This document shows positions 17,051 through 33,188 of a DNA stretch of 64,000 nucleotides, piece by piece (within the stretch, counting starts at the first letter, position 1; every line of letters starts with the position of its first letter). Location: NCBI RefSeq assembly GCF_009914755.1, contig NC_060927.1, one strand, 5' to 3'. The notes beneath the pieces were generated by a model. The model searched no databases and was not told the DNA's origin. It saw nothing but the letters and a program-made list of their open reading frames with translations. The stretch comes from the human T2T-CHM13v2.0 reference genome, Homo sapiens. The position numbers were made by a program, and so were the translations under genes.

Positions 17051-17436
17051 ATTTAGAAAAACATAATTGTTATCTTCAACAGGCTTCAATTACCCATTTG
17101 ACTCTAAAATCTAAGGCATATAATTATTCTAATCTTTTTTTGGTAGCTTTCTAAACTATGGCTCTCTCCTTACATCCACCTACTTGCTTATGGATTTATT
17201 TATTTCCCCCATATAAATGCCAATACTATATGGAAAGCAAGAATTTTAACAGCATAAATTTGTATCAAAAAATCTAAGAAAGTAATATAATTTCTCCTTA
17301 AACACTCTTAGAATTCCTTAAGTATATTTTGTATTAAATACCTGTGCATGATTTTAACTACACTAAGAGAGTCTTATTTATTTCAAGGGCATTATGGATA
17401 CTTATTTAATTATACTTTTCTAGCAATTATCCTTAC

Positions 17437-17524
17437 CTGTGTAACTTTTATATGGTCATGAGGTGTAGGTTCACATAATCCAGTTAAATCAGGATTATAA
17501 CTCCTCCCATCAGGATAAAGATAA
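17437..17524 (-). CDS. CBLB: CBLB exon 8 (88 nt): (F)[29 protein letters not shown]; end of TKB and linker loop
   Basis: Translated by hand. Acceptor attcag|TTAT, donor CAG|gtaagg. Phase fits exons 7 and 9. Confidence 0.97.
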
Positions 17525-19177
17525 CTGAATTTAAACAGAAACTTTATTACCTTAAATATACAAGTTTTAATTGCATTTAAGGATATTTAATCAAATTTTT
17601 CTATATTCAAACATACATTTGGATGTTTCCTTTTCATGTAACATATCAATAACATATTACTTCAATGTTTCCAAATTACTATGTTGTTTTTAGGACACTT
17701 AAAATGTAGAATTTTCATATAAGAAATACATAATGAATATAGCCTAACCCACTAAGCAACCATTTTCAATGAAATACCTTTAATATATGTCTCTTATATA
17801 AGTTAAGAATTTATTTCACTGGTCAATCATGTTGTATTCCAAAACACTTTGAAGATATACCTATTTGCAACTATTACATCCTTCATCTGAGGCACAGGTA
17901 ATAATGGTATCATTTTACACCATGCCTAATACCACATGGAAAGAAAAATATAATTAAAGGCCACAGTTTTCTTGTAAGTTACTCAAACACTTCTGTGGTA
18001 TTCCTGTTTCTACAGTTTCCATATCTCTTCTCCCATCTTCCCCTCACCTAACACAAACACATGTGCACATATGCAAACACACAGACACACAGGCACATAC
18101 ACATTTTAAAAAATTAGAAAATGTTACGTTTCCATGTTTCATTGACTTAACACTACAAACACAAAATGGTCTATAGATACAAGGTTCTATTATCAGGGAA
18201 AACTGAAATCTGAACTAAAAGTTGTAGTAATAATGCATTCTTGCTGTGTTAAATCAGAAGTTGTACTTGTTATTGAAAAATTCATTAAAAAATAAAATTT
18301 ACTGTGTTGGTAAATACTTATTTTTAATTGAAAAAAGTGGTAATGTCACTGCTGTGTTTCATCAGTTTATTAAATTATGGTTAGTTCTGTTTAACATCTT
18401 TCTACACTAAATTTCTTAAATAAAACAATAAGAATATAGTACTGTAGTATGTATATTTTAAAGGGTAAAACTATAACAAATCTATTCTTTAAAATAACAA
18501 AAAATATTTATCCTCGAATGAGGAGTCTACAAACATGTTAAGTGTTAGAATTTACCCAGGAAAACCAGAAAAATGAACTTAAAGGACAGATAATTCTTAC
18601 ATAGTAAGGGACAAATCAGTGAGATGATTTTTTTATGATTTAGCAAAAGGAGTTTACTACATCTGAGTATGATACAAATTTAGAATGTCCTTATGGGTGT
18701 GTTACAAAATTTGACAAACATTAAATGAGGAATGATAATCCAAAGAAGAATAAGCAACTTTTTTATATACCCTAAAAATTGGCCATTTAAAAAAATATTA
18801 TATAAAATTTTATGTATCACATTTCAAATAATATGAAGAAATTCTAGCAAGAATTCAGAAATTAAAGATTACAAAAATCATGATTAGGGTACCATAGGAA
18901 AGGTTAAAGGTTCTTTTTAACCTATCAGGAGGTTGTTGATAGGTTCTACTTATAAATTCAAACTTTAAAGTATATTTTCTTAAAAAAAATCTGTAATCAT
19001 GGTAAATCAAAATCTATACACAAAGCTTTGATGCATTAGAAGAAAGGTATAAATAACCGACACTAGCAAATTTATGAAAATTAGAAGGAAAAAGAAAGAG
19101 AAATACACATTTGGTACCATAACTTGCCATACAATTACTATGTAATTAATTTATTGAAAGGTTTTGTGTGTGTTGGT

Positions 19178-19475
19178 ATTATTATTATTTTTTCAGATAA
19201 GGTCTCACTCTGATGCACAGGCTGGAGTGCAGTGGCACGATGTTGTCACTGTAGCCTCAACTTCCCAGGCTCAGGTGATTAACCCATCTTAGCCTCCAGA
19301 GTAGCGAGGACTACCGTCACGCGCCACCATGCCCAGCTAATTTTTTTGCATTTTTTGTAGAGCTAGGGTTTTGCCATGTTGCCCAGCCTGACCTCGAACT
19401 CCTGGGCTCAAGTGATCCTCCTGCCTTGGCCTCCCAAAATGCTGGGATTACAGGCGTAAGCCACCACTCCCACCC
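19178..19475 (-). mobile_element. AluJ
   Basis: Dimer with cactgtagcctcaacttcccaggctcag and ctcctgggctcaag. Confidence 0.9.
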
Positions 19476-20088
19476 AAAAGCTCATAGGTTTTTAGAAATT
19501 CCTAATTTTTCTTTGTATAAATCTCATCACTTTTTTTCTTTTCTTTCTTTCTTTTTTGCAATTACTTTGATAAAGGTAAAACTCAAATCATTTGCTCTTT
19601 GTTAACTCTGGTGGACTTTTTCCTTCTAGGTTTCTACCAGAATTCATACTGCAGCGAGTTTGATCACGAGCATCTCTAAGTTATCCAGCAAGGCAGAGGG
19701 GAAGAAAAAGCAGCATGATCAAGTGCACTGAGAATACAAGGAGAGGACAAAGGGAAAGGCATGTGAATAAAACAAATAAGAAGAATCAGACATATTTACT
19801 ATGAAGGGGCCCAACAGATTGTCCATACTTTGTGTGTGGAGTGAGTGGGGGAGAATTCATTATTAATCTAAAAAACAAAGGGAAACTTAACTTATTTTTA
19901 AATTTTAAAAAGGAATAGCTTGAGATAAACTAAACTTAGCTATTAACATATAGTCCTGAATATGGAGTTATTATTAGTGTGAAAAAGGAAAGATCTACAG
20001 AGAGAAAAGAAAAGGGGTGGAGGGAGAAACAGATAAGAAAGAGAAAAGAAAATCTGGCACTAACAATCAAAATAAAAAAAGTGAAACT

Positions 20089-20430
<342 letters not shown>

Positions 20431-20759
20431 TCAATTATTCTAAATAATTTTCTCTTAATATATAAACAGTTTTACATCCATTTTAAAACTACCTTTAAGT
20501 CCCAAGTTTTTATCATATGAAAGATAAAAATTCATGTTGTAATTTGAAGTTGAAATGTATTTGCTATAACATAGTTTCAAATAATTAGGTTACCTTAAAA
20601 TGATTATATAAAAAGATGAACAAAAAACTAAGGAACATCCATTATTTCTCAGTCTTAACATAAAAAGCAGCCTTGCTATCCATTTTCGCCATCACAAAGC
20701 AATCTTTATTTTTCAAATTCATGAATCATAAGCACTCCAACTTCCATTTCTCATACTTA

Positions 20760-20993
<234 letters not shown>

Positions 20994-21454
20994 TCATTTA
21001 GAATTCCTGAATACTCCTCATATTCTGTCTTCTAACTTATTTTTAGCAACAATGTACTTCTCCATTTATCAATTTACAAGAGAAACACTGATCATTTCTT
21101 TTTATTTAAATACTTCCAGATACATATATAAGAAAATAAACAAGATTGTAAACTAGGGATTTTTTTACCATCATCATCAGGATGCGGTGTATGGAAATGC
21201 TGATGGCATGGAATAGCTACAAAATAAATCACTCTTGGAATGTAAAAATAAAATAAATAAGTAAAAATTTAAATTTAATTTGCCTACCTCAGACAAAAAC
21301 TGAGCCAGTTTCTACTGTAGAACTCAATATATTCCTTTGTAATTTAGACATAAAAATTAGGGTTTTTTTTTTTTTTTTTTTGAGACGGAGTCTTACTCTG
21401 TCACCCAGGCTTAGAACTCGATATATTCCTTTGTAATTTAGACATTAAAATTAG

Positions 21455-22082
<628 letters not shown>

Positions 22083-23439
22083 AACTGTTAAAAAAATAGT
22101 AACTTTTCTTTCAGGTATTCCTGCCATTCATCCCTAAAGCTCAAAAGTGCAAACTAGGTAATTTCATGCCTGCCATCTAACCATGTCAAATTCAGTATCT
22201 TACAAGGGGAAGTTAAGATAGTTCAAAAATATAAATCAAATCAAGTCCCTTGAAACTAATATCCAACAAAAGGAGGCAGCAACTTGGCTTTAAATCCATC
22301 ATTATCATTTATGTATTCATTTAGCTATCTATGTACTTATTTCATTTTAGATCATTTCTCTTTATTTGAGTGTACTGCATTCAATCTTTCTATCAGGATA
22401 TCCTTCTGGATTTTATTACCCATTAAGCAGATCAAAAACAAACCAACTTAAATCTGTTGGCTATATTTTAATATTCGAGCTGCTGTATGTATGTGGCAGA
22501 CACAAGTATGTCAAAATATACTTTAGTCATTGATAGACCAAGCACTATAAATGTAACTTGAAAGATATACTTTAACATACATAATGGCTGCAGTCACTGG
22601 ATTTAATTAACTTGTATATTTAGTAGTAGAGTGTAATTTCATCTTTGGACAAACTAGAATTTAAAAAAACAAGTGATTTTTAAATATTAAAAACTTTATA
22701 TTGGTGATAGAATCTTTGGAAAGAACTTTTCAAAAAAGTCTAAAAACATATATCCCTAGAGAAACTGAAAATAGGATATCAATCTGTCAACTATTGGCAT
22801 TCTTAATCAAAATCAGATAAAATAATGCCACAGAGACCTACGGCTATGATATTATGAGAAGTGCCAAAAATAATAGAAAGTCACTATAAATTATAATTCA
22901 GAAGGACATTATTAAAATGTTACATAAAAAAATTAATGATAAAATTCCTTCAAATTAAGTCAAAAGTTAAAATCTTAAAAATCTGTGTACTATGAATCTC
23001 AGCAAAGTTTACAGTGTATTAACATGAAGAAAATAATTACACATCTGCATTGCTAGTAATTTTAAATGTAATTCCAAATTTATTCATATAGTAAGAATCT
23101 AGTAGATACTGAAATACATACTTGTGAAATTGCTCACATTTTTAATTCATGTCCTTCTCTGTTGCTCTAAACATTGTTTTGGGATGGTGTTTCTAAAACT
23201 CATTATTATACAGAAGGTTCAAGCAATTCATGTATATAAGAGATAGTAATACCAGCAATCTGGTAAGAGCCAAGGGCATTTTAGAACAATTTCTTCCTCT
23301 CATGCACCTTTTTCCTATTCCATTTAATTTGCTGCTGACCCTTTGGCTGGTGGCTACCCCTTCCCAACCTCAAGTGAATTTTTGGCTTATTTTTAGCACC
23401 TTGCTCTCTTAAACAACATGCTTCATTTAATCAAATTGG

Positions 23440-23745
23440 GGCCAGGAGTGGTGGCTCACACCTGTAATCCCAGCACGTTGGGAGACTGAGCAAGGTGGAT
23501 CATTTGAGGCCAGGAGTTCGAGGCCACCATGGCCAACATGGCGAAAACCCGTCTCCACTAAAAATACAAAAAAATTGGCAAGGCATGATGGTACATGCCT
23601 GTAGTCCCAGCTACTCAGGAGGCTGAGGCATGAGAATCGTTTGAACCCAGGAGGTGGAGCTTACAGTGAGCCCAGATAGTACCACTGCACTCCTGCTGGG
23701 TGAACACAATGAGACTCTGTCTCAAAAAAAAAAAAAAATTAAAAA
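23440..23745 (+). mobile_element. Alu (S/J)
   Basis: Full dimer with poly-A. Confidence 0.9.
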
Positions 23746-24913
23746 AATATATATATATGCATATAAAATGAAGTATCTTTCATGTTGACGAGGTGGTTTA
23801 GGGTTCAATGCCACTCTTGTCACCTAATGAATACTTCACTTAGATTTCCAAATGTTACTACCTTCACCCCATAACTCATATTTTGTCAGATGGATCCCCA
23901 ATAATAAAGCACAACCTAAGGAGCCAAAATGTCCTTGAAGTAAATCCAATTGTTTTCTATACTATGAAGTCAAAGACATGAAATACTTTCCAAGATAAAA
24001 AAAAAAAAAATGTTAAACACAGATATTCTCCAAAGCAAATATTTGTTACAGTTTTTTTTTTATTCATTAAGGGTGTTTTCCTAAACACATCTTTAGTACC
24101 CATGTCATACTTTACACATTATAATTTGTTATATATTATTTATTTCATCATTAGCTACCTAAAATTTAGTAGAAAAAATCATTACATGGCAAGTTAGGAA
24201 GGAAAGAAGGATTTTTTTCTCAGAGGACATTATTCTAGTTTTTTAAGGTATGACTGATATACAAAAAAGCTGTATAAAATGTATATATTGTACACATTTG
24301 AAGATAAGTTTACTGGTGGGTCTTATGATATTCTTATCAGAGGGCAGTAGTTTTTTACTAAGAGAACTTTTCCAAATAGTAATGAGACCTGGCTGTTGTT
24401 CTCAATATTGTAATTCATGTTCTCCATGATACTGAACAAGAAAACAAAACCAAAAATAAAGGCCTCAGTTCCCTCATTATTTCTATGATTGGACAAGAAA
24501 ATTTATCAAATAACTCACATGTTAAATTTTGTATGACTGCATAATTCCAACCACAACACATTTTTCACATCATACGCCAAGAGCAAGAAAGATACTTTAT
24601 ATGATGTCATTCAAGAGAGTAAAAACTATGGAAAAATCTGGTCATGAGAGATTCTTGAATGAAAGAAAATCATTCATCTAAACCACTGTCAATATGCAAA
24701 ATAACTGACCTTCTCTCATGGTTACAATGAGAACTAACTCTCCTTAGTCTAAATAGAAGATTTCAGTGGAAGCCAAACTGTTTTTGTATTCACTAGCTCC
24801 TTTTTCAAATACACTATATAAATTCTTAAAAAGACAAAAATATGGAAATTTTCATAATGGCAGAGAAGAAAAAATCAGCACTATTGGCTTGCACTTAAAA
24901 AAAAAACTGTTTT

Positions 24914-25225
<312 letters not shown>

Positions 25226-26180
25226 TTATAAAGTACAAACATTATATACACCATAAACCAAATAAAAATGATACTAGAAAAAAAAGGCAGTCTTAAAAAC
25301 CAGCACCAAATTCATCCCTAAAATGGAATGTTCTCTATATGAAAATCAGAGCACTAATGAATACCAGAATAGCATCTGAAATGTGAGGACTCTGACAAGC
25401 AGGTCTCTAATATCCCTACTGCCGTACTCAGCATACTGCCTGCCATAGCACAAATGCCTACTATGGGCCTAATGCATTTTTAGATGAAATACATGGGAAA
25501 ATGCACTGAACCATGGAAGAGACAGATTTTCTGGATCCAGATTTGCCATTAATAAGGTGTAATTTCTTGGCCAAAGCCACAGGGGCTGACCAACCTCTCC
25601 AAGTCTCATTTAGTTTCATCATGTGGAAAATAAAATATAAATTCTGAGGCTATAATAAAACACGAGGCATTATGAAAAAAGTTTTCAAGGACACGAAATT
25701 GGTTTTGATTATAACAATAGGTTTATATATGCTTATGTACATACATGTATTTGTTCATAAACTTACATGTATATTTATGTGTTCATGTGCATGTATATGT
25801 ACTTATATTTATCAGAGAGCCTAAATGAATGTCTTAAAAATACCCTAAAGTAATGAACATAAGACTGTTCTATTTATTTGTTCTTTAGCACAGTATTCAA
25901 GTATTCAAATATATACATTCAATTTTGCACATAAACACGGATATCATGAAAACAGAAAGGAGACCATATCCCCTTTCACTTTATGAATACCAAGTTTCAG
26001 AGTAAGCACAATGTATCAATTTAAAACATTATGTTAAGAAGCACCATTTTGGTCTTTTACCTTTTCTAGCCCCCTCCCAAGCATGCCATCAGCGGGTATT
26101 GCTGACTTACTTAGGAACAAACCATGGAGAATTTTTCATCTTTGGATATATCACATAATATTACTGCTAAAAAGTCTTAC

Positions 26181-26302
26181 CTTCCGGGTTTGGTGCTATA
26201 TTTCTGTAGTCGTGCTTTAACTTCATCATATGTGAGAAATGCCATGTAACCTGGATGTGTCACAGCTAAGAAATTCCAATTCCGCAAAATAGAGCCCCAA
26301 GG
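26181..26302 (-). CDS. CBLB: CBLB exon 6 (122 nt): [40 protein letters not shown](S)
   Basis: Translated by hand. Acceptor ttttttag|CCT, donor AAG|gtaaga. Phases are consistent with neighbours. Confidence 0.97.
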
Positions 26303-26559
26303 CTAAAAAATAAAAAAATTAAAAGAGATTAGTATCTAGAGAATATCAAATATTTTGATTACATACTGAACCATATTTAATACACTTAACATTATCTTGG
26401 ATATTTTAAAAGTTAATCTGACCTTATGTGGTTTAGGTCAACCTTTGTTACTTAACAGCAGACGTTCAAGTCTATTGTTCTTTACAGAAATATGATTAGG
26501 CAGAAAACAGATTTTTCAGGAAGAGAATACAGAGAACAAAAAAGAAAACCACAAAATCT

Positions 26560-27160
26560 CTTCTCTACACAGCCTATTCTCGCTACGGCACTTGTGACCA
26601 TTGTAAAACACAAATGAAATAATTCTTTTGTTCAAAGCCTTCTAACTTTGAATAAAAGTCAAAGTCCTCATATATCGCTTAGAAGGACTTTACAAGGTTT
26701 GATCCCCAGCAGTTCCCTTTTTTGTCTCCATCTGCTATAACTCTCCCACTTTCTGCATCTTCTCCAGCCTGCTATTGTCTTGAACAAAAAAGCCCTCTTC
26801 CCCCTCAGAGACTTTGTATTTGCCGATGCCTTTACTTGAATTTTCTTCCCCCAAATATCCATCTCATTCCTGTCTCCAAATGTCACTTCCTCAATGAAGC
26901 CTTCTCTGACCAGTGTATTTAAAATTGTTACCTCTTGCCATATTCTTCACCTCCCTGTATGTCTGTTAACTGTTAACAACTGCTTCATTTTACACAGTAA
27001 GAAACCATATCATAGAACTTGCATGACTTGGCAAAGGTTACACATTAACCATAAGCTACATAAGGGCAAGGGACATGCCTGTCTTGCTCACCCATGGGAT
27101 GCCAGGACCAATGCAAGTGTCAGATAATAGTAATCAGCCAGGGATAATTGTCATTGAACA
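26560..27160 (-). mobile_element. L2 fragment
   Basis: gaataaaagtcaaagtcct..aaatgtcacttcctcaatgaagccttctctgacc..aagggcaagggac motifs typical of L2 3' ends. Confidence 0.65.
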
Positions 27161-30100
27161 GATAGATCCTCTAAATAGTGACTTGTGTAAAAGGCTAGTG
27201 TTAACACTACAGTAGTCACATCTGGCTTAACTGTACAGAACTATAAGCTTAGGAAAGGTTTAGGGTTTAAAAGTGAGTTACATAAAAACAAAACTTTTCA
27301 CAGAAGTATTTGGTTTGTACCACTGTATCATTCTCTCTTTAATCTGATTAGTTGTCTCTCCAGTTACCAGGGCAAGAGAAAAAAGGCAGTCAGTGATAGA
27401 CAACTTTACTCAAGGGTGTGGATGAATCATCTCTGCGATTTTTTTAAGGCTGACGCTACATTTATTCCAAGGAAGTGGCAGCATACTCTATCTGATGTGC
27501 CAGATTATTAAATCTTCTACATAAAAGAAAAAAAAAGTATTTTTACGTTGCCATGTTAAAGCTGTTAAAGCAGTCATCCTAGACATGATTACTGGTAGAA
27601 AGTTCCTGCTTTTGTTTGTTTTGAGACTTGTTCCTCATTATTGTTAAGCAAGTTACAAATTTACAAGGCAGAATTCTGCAAGGATTATATCCCTTGAGAT
27701 GAGGATAACAAAGAATGATTTAGTAATAATGAAGTTTTTTAGCCTTTTTCAACATAACAAGAAAAATCTTTGGGGTATTTCCCCATCACACTAAAATACC
27801 TAATTGGGCAAGAAAGGCGCTCTAGAGAATAATAATATGAGAGGTTGAAAAAAATGCATGTTTTTAATTTTCTTCCTAATGCATGACTAAAAACTGCATT
27901 AAACATTACTTGGAAAATGTCAGCATATATTTTAAAAAACTGAGCAATAACTGTTATTCTAGACCCTAGTTTTTGTTTTGTTTTGTTCTACCCATCTATG
28001 AAGGACAAGGATGAAAGAAATACCAAACAAATATTTGGGTCACTTCCATTAAAGTCCACACAAATTAGTGGAAGAGTGGTTGAAAAAAAATGCTAAACTT
28101 TATAGAGCACCAATGCACAGATCAAAATACAAGTAAAAAAATTAAGTTGGAGTTTTGAGCCAACTGCTACAGTATTCAGCAACCATTTCTTAGTACATAA
28201 TCCAGAGGGCCAGCTTCTAATTGCAAAAATATTTATGTAATAGAATGAGTCTGTGTATTGTTTTCCTTGTATGCAGCCCATTCAAAACAGAAACATGTAG
28301 TACTTATGTGCTTTTTCTTTTTAAAGTATTTCGACAACTACTGGCTTAAAAAAGGCAAAACAAAGTGCTTTGGAGAGTAACTTTTTTTTATTTTGTTTTT
28401 CAGATTGAAGAAATTTTTTTGTGTACAAGAACATAAAATTATCTAGATACTTTTAAATGACTATAGAAATTAATGAAGTGAATAAAGGAGACAAGTCCCT
28501 CCATTCTCCCAAATGCTACTATTTTCAAGAAGAGCCAGTTACTGACTTACAACTTAAGTTGGAAGAGGGTCCTTGGCTGGTCTGCCTAGACACTCTCTAT
28601 AATTCTTTACTACAACTGAGGACTTTCCTCTTCTTTGATTTTCCTCACTATTCCATTGATGCTACACATTCCATAGTCAATAGGATATTCTACTAAAATA
28701 CTCCGTCCTTATCCTGCTACCCCCAAATGTAGTGCCCCATTTCTCAGTGACCCCATTTTTTCTAACAGTGGGGATATAGAGGAAAAGGGGAACAACAGCC
28801 CCAGGGAGAAGGAAGGGAGAAGCAAAATCCCTATAATTTCTTTCCAGGACTAATATTAGCATGTGCTGATTCCAGCATCTCTAAGTGACTTTGAGAGAAA
28901 AGAGAAGGATAAAGAGAAGGAAAGAAGGAAGAAGAGGAAATGAGGAAGGTGACCACAGTAAGATCCCTCCAGTGACTCCCAAGTATTTGTTCAGGTTCTG
29001 CCTGCATATAAGAATGAAAGCCAAGAGGAAGCAAACATTTTTACTTCTTTCATTCCCTCTGCAATTCTCAACTTCATCTCCTGCCCCCCCACTGGCTCCT
29101 TCTTCTGCTAGTTTCTCTACTTCAGACCCCAAATTCTAAGTGTACCTTGCTCACCTTCAGTTCCCTTTCTGCTAAATACCCCACTCCCAATAATTTAGTC
29201 AGAAGTCACTGCCAATTAACTACTAATATCATGGCTATAGCTGAATGTATGTTCCCGCAGTCACACAGTATTAGCAAAACATATTTTCATACAGAATATA
29301 TAAATGTAAGGATTTAATAAATATAATACATTTAAGAAAATCACTTAATTTTTAAAGTTTTATAAAAATAAAAGATCAGCAAAAGTTAAACCATCTACTT
29401 CTCTATAAACAGAATCAATTTTATCATATTTTAAGGCACACATACGATTATATTCAAAGCATTTGATTACAGCATAGAAATAAATGGAATGATGAATCTC
29501 AGAAATACACGGGCTAACAAGAGTTCTTCAGCTGCTTCTGTAATCATGTTTTTAAAATGATTAGGCATTCCCTAGCCCAGGTAAGATTTTCATTTTATGA
29601 TATAAAACTTTTCACAGTAGCTTGACTTAAAAATAGCCCTTTCTTTTCCCATCCCAGTGAAAGTAAATAAGATATATATTCCTTAGAGTATTAAGGTTGA
29701 CTTGTGCTGTTTTAAAGTAAAACAGCTTATAAGAAAATATGTCCACATATTAAATAGCAGTTTAGGTAATCGTTTAACCAACATTAAGTTGCCCTCATAC
29801 TTTCAATATATAACTGCAAGGAATTCTAGCATTTAATACCCACAGTAAAAAGTCATCCAGGCTCACCACAAAAAAATATACTCACTTCCTAGAATGAGCA
29901 GTTAGGTTTAATGTAGGAAGATTACTTTTACTCTCTTCCTTGACAAGGTGAAGAAGCAAAGCTCTTACTATTTAGAATGTCTTTGTATCATGTTAAATAA
30001 ATAAGATATTCTGTAAAATTATCAGAAACCTTTAAAGAAAGGAGAGGTTCCATTATAAAATGACCAATATCAGACAACTTTTTTTTCTAAAATATATCTT

Positions 30101-30270
30101 AAAATCTTTGAAAAAAACATAAACTGTCAAACTGTAATACATACACCAAGGGAATAATCACGAATTTAAAAAATTTAAAATAATCAAAAGCACACTTTCA
30201 TCAGTGATTTATGTAATTGCTTACCCTATATAGAAGGTAGAATTATGATTCTGTAATTGTAATGAAGTGA

Positions 30271-30507
<237 letters not shown>

Positions 30508-31604
30508 TAATCTCTCTTCTATTAATGGGTTCCTTCATAAATTAAAAGTTAATCCTGTGCATTGTGGTTTTTATTACAAAAACCAGTCATCCAATCCTTG
30601 CTAGCTAGTGCCAAGCAGAATTATAAATCAGAGAAGTTCATGTAACATGAAAAACATGAAATCAACATTATACTCTGATATTTGTTGAAAGCATGTTTCA
30701 AAGAGAATCAATGTTACTTCAGATTAAAATGATAAAAAATAATATCAGAACATAAGTAAGCCCAGTCTGATCAATTTACCTCATTTACTATATAATTTAT
30801 GTTACCAAATCATAAAAATGTTAAGCAGAAAATTTTTATTTTGTGACTACTTGAACTGAATCCCACAGATGATACACATTTTAGTGGCAGAGTCAATCTC
30901 AAAACACAAATTTCAAGTCTTCATGTTTAAGATAATTCCATTAAGGCACGCAAAAGAAGAAAATGATAGTATCCATATAATGCTACCTTCTTCTAATTTG
31001 CTATGTGAAAACAATTATGGAAGATAATTTAAAGGGAAAAACAATAAGCACAACAAAAATGTTCATCTTAAAGTTGTTTACATTAGAGAAAATGTGGGAA
31101 AAGACCTAAATTTTTCAAAAGAGAGCTTTGTTAATACTGACATACTATTTTGAATGAATATGACAAGGGAACTGATGAAGAATATTTATTGACTTTGAAA
31201 AATGTTCATTACACATGGTTGAATGTGCAAAGCAATTTACAAAATAAGTACAGGACACAGTTCTGTCCTATACAGAACAGTCTGATATTTCTAAGTTTAC
31301 TATTTCCCTTTTGACCTAATAAACACAGAAGGCAAAGGGAAAGATTTTAGATCTAGGTGGCAAATGCCCACCTCCAGTTGTTGCATTCTATCCATCATTG
31401 TGCTAAAAGATCAACAAAATAAAGTAAGAAACTAAGTAGAGAGTTTAAAACAAAGCTCTTTTGGATGGATCCTCTCAAAGCTAACAAGCAGCCACCAGGC
31501 TCACAGCATCTGATAACTCCAAACTTAAGCCAAATGGCTCACTCTAAACTTTTAACAATGACCAAACATACCAATAAAATTACAGACTAATAGGAATGAC
31601 ACTA

Positions 31605-31922
<318 letters not shown>

Positions 31923-33000
31923 TCATTTAAGAAATACCTCCCTTTGAAGCAGCAAAATTCAATAATAAAATTAATATAATTGTATTTGTACTACCAGACA
32001 AATATTTGAGAATATTGTTCATATTTCAGAACAAATGTAGTGGGTTCTGTTTAACTCAATTATTTTGCATTTGCTAAGAATATGACAAAAATTTAAATTA
32101 ATTTTCTCTCAAACAGTCCTAGGCTATCAAGATAGCTATAGAAACATATCTGAAAAAAGGTATTAGGTCAAAGTCTCATGTGTCATGACCTCTTCATGTG
32201 TGTATACAAGGTTATTTAATAATGAATCAAGATTTAATTCTCATTTTCTAAAAACAGTCATAAGATGATGGGTCCATATAATAATAGAAATCCTTTATTC
32301 ATTGCACAAATGAGTAATATGTATCAACCAATTCAAGAAGGCTAAGGTAGAAAGCCATCAAGACATTTCTGCCACAACCCTGATGTTTTCTGCAGAGATG
32401 AAAAACATACGTTATCTAACTTTTCATATTAATACAAAAGAAAAACTTAATTTTTAAACCAACCACAATGGTTATATCATGGGAGTTTATTCAATATTTA
32501 TTACTTTATTCTGACTGAATATCATTCGACAAAATTTTAACATGTTATGCAGTTACATGATTCAAAAAATTTAGAAGAGCACAGAATGGTAACTAGGGAA
32601 ACGTCTCTCAACCTATCCCCACCTGACCAGTTTCCAACTCACCTACCCTCTTTCCCACCATGAAAATTAGTGACACCCAGGATGCATTTCTTAGTTAACC
32701 TTCCTGCTTCAGAATAATGCCTATTCCTAATTCGGCAGAAGAAAGAAATCATTCAGTTTTTAAAACTTAAACTACAATTTTTACAACAGAATAGCATAAA
32801 AGCCGTCCCTCTTATAAGATAACATCCTCTTATAAGATAGCAAATATTTAAATCTTAGGTTTCCTTTACCAGTATCTCTGAAATACAAGACTCAGGCAGA
32901 ATAAACTAAATTGTGCCTGGCCCCATTCTATATCAATCCTCTTCAATGAGATATCACCATAAAGGTACAACTTTCATATTCATTCAATAATTTTCTATAG

Positions 33001-33188
33001 CAGTGTTTGTCAAACTTCAGCATGCATCCAAATTATCTGAAGGGCTTGTTAACATAGCCTGATCCTCAACCCAAGATATTATGATTCAGTAGCATTGGGG
33101 TGGGGCCTGAACACTGACAGCCATAAAATGTTCCCTGAGGCTGCTGCTGCTGCTGCTGCTCTAGAGACAACACTTTGAGAGCCTACTA
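33001..33188 (+). mobile_element. MER5A (hAT-Charlie) containing (GCT)7 at 33140-33160
   Basis: cagtgtttgtcaaactt..gcatgcatc..ggggtggggcctga..cactttgagagc. Confidence 0.8.

Noticed and set aside
26105-26116. Cryptic donor TAA|gtaagt 70 nt past exon 6
   Set aside because: The true donor AAG|gtaaga is strong, so there is little reason to expect use.
28790-29140. Purine-rich block with several 60-84 aa ORFs
   Set aside because: Low-complexity composition; no splice-consistent frame or homology that I can recognise.
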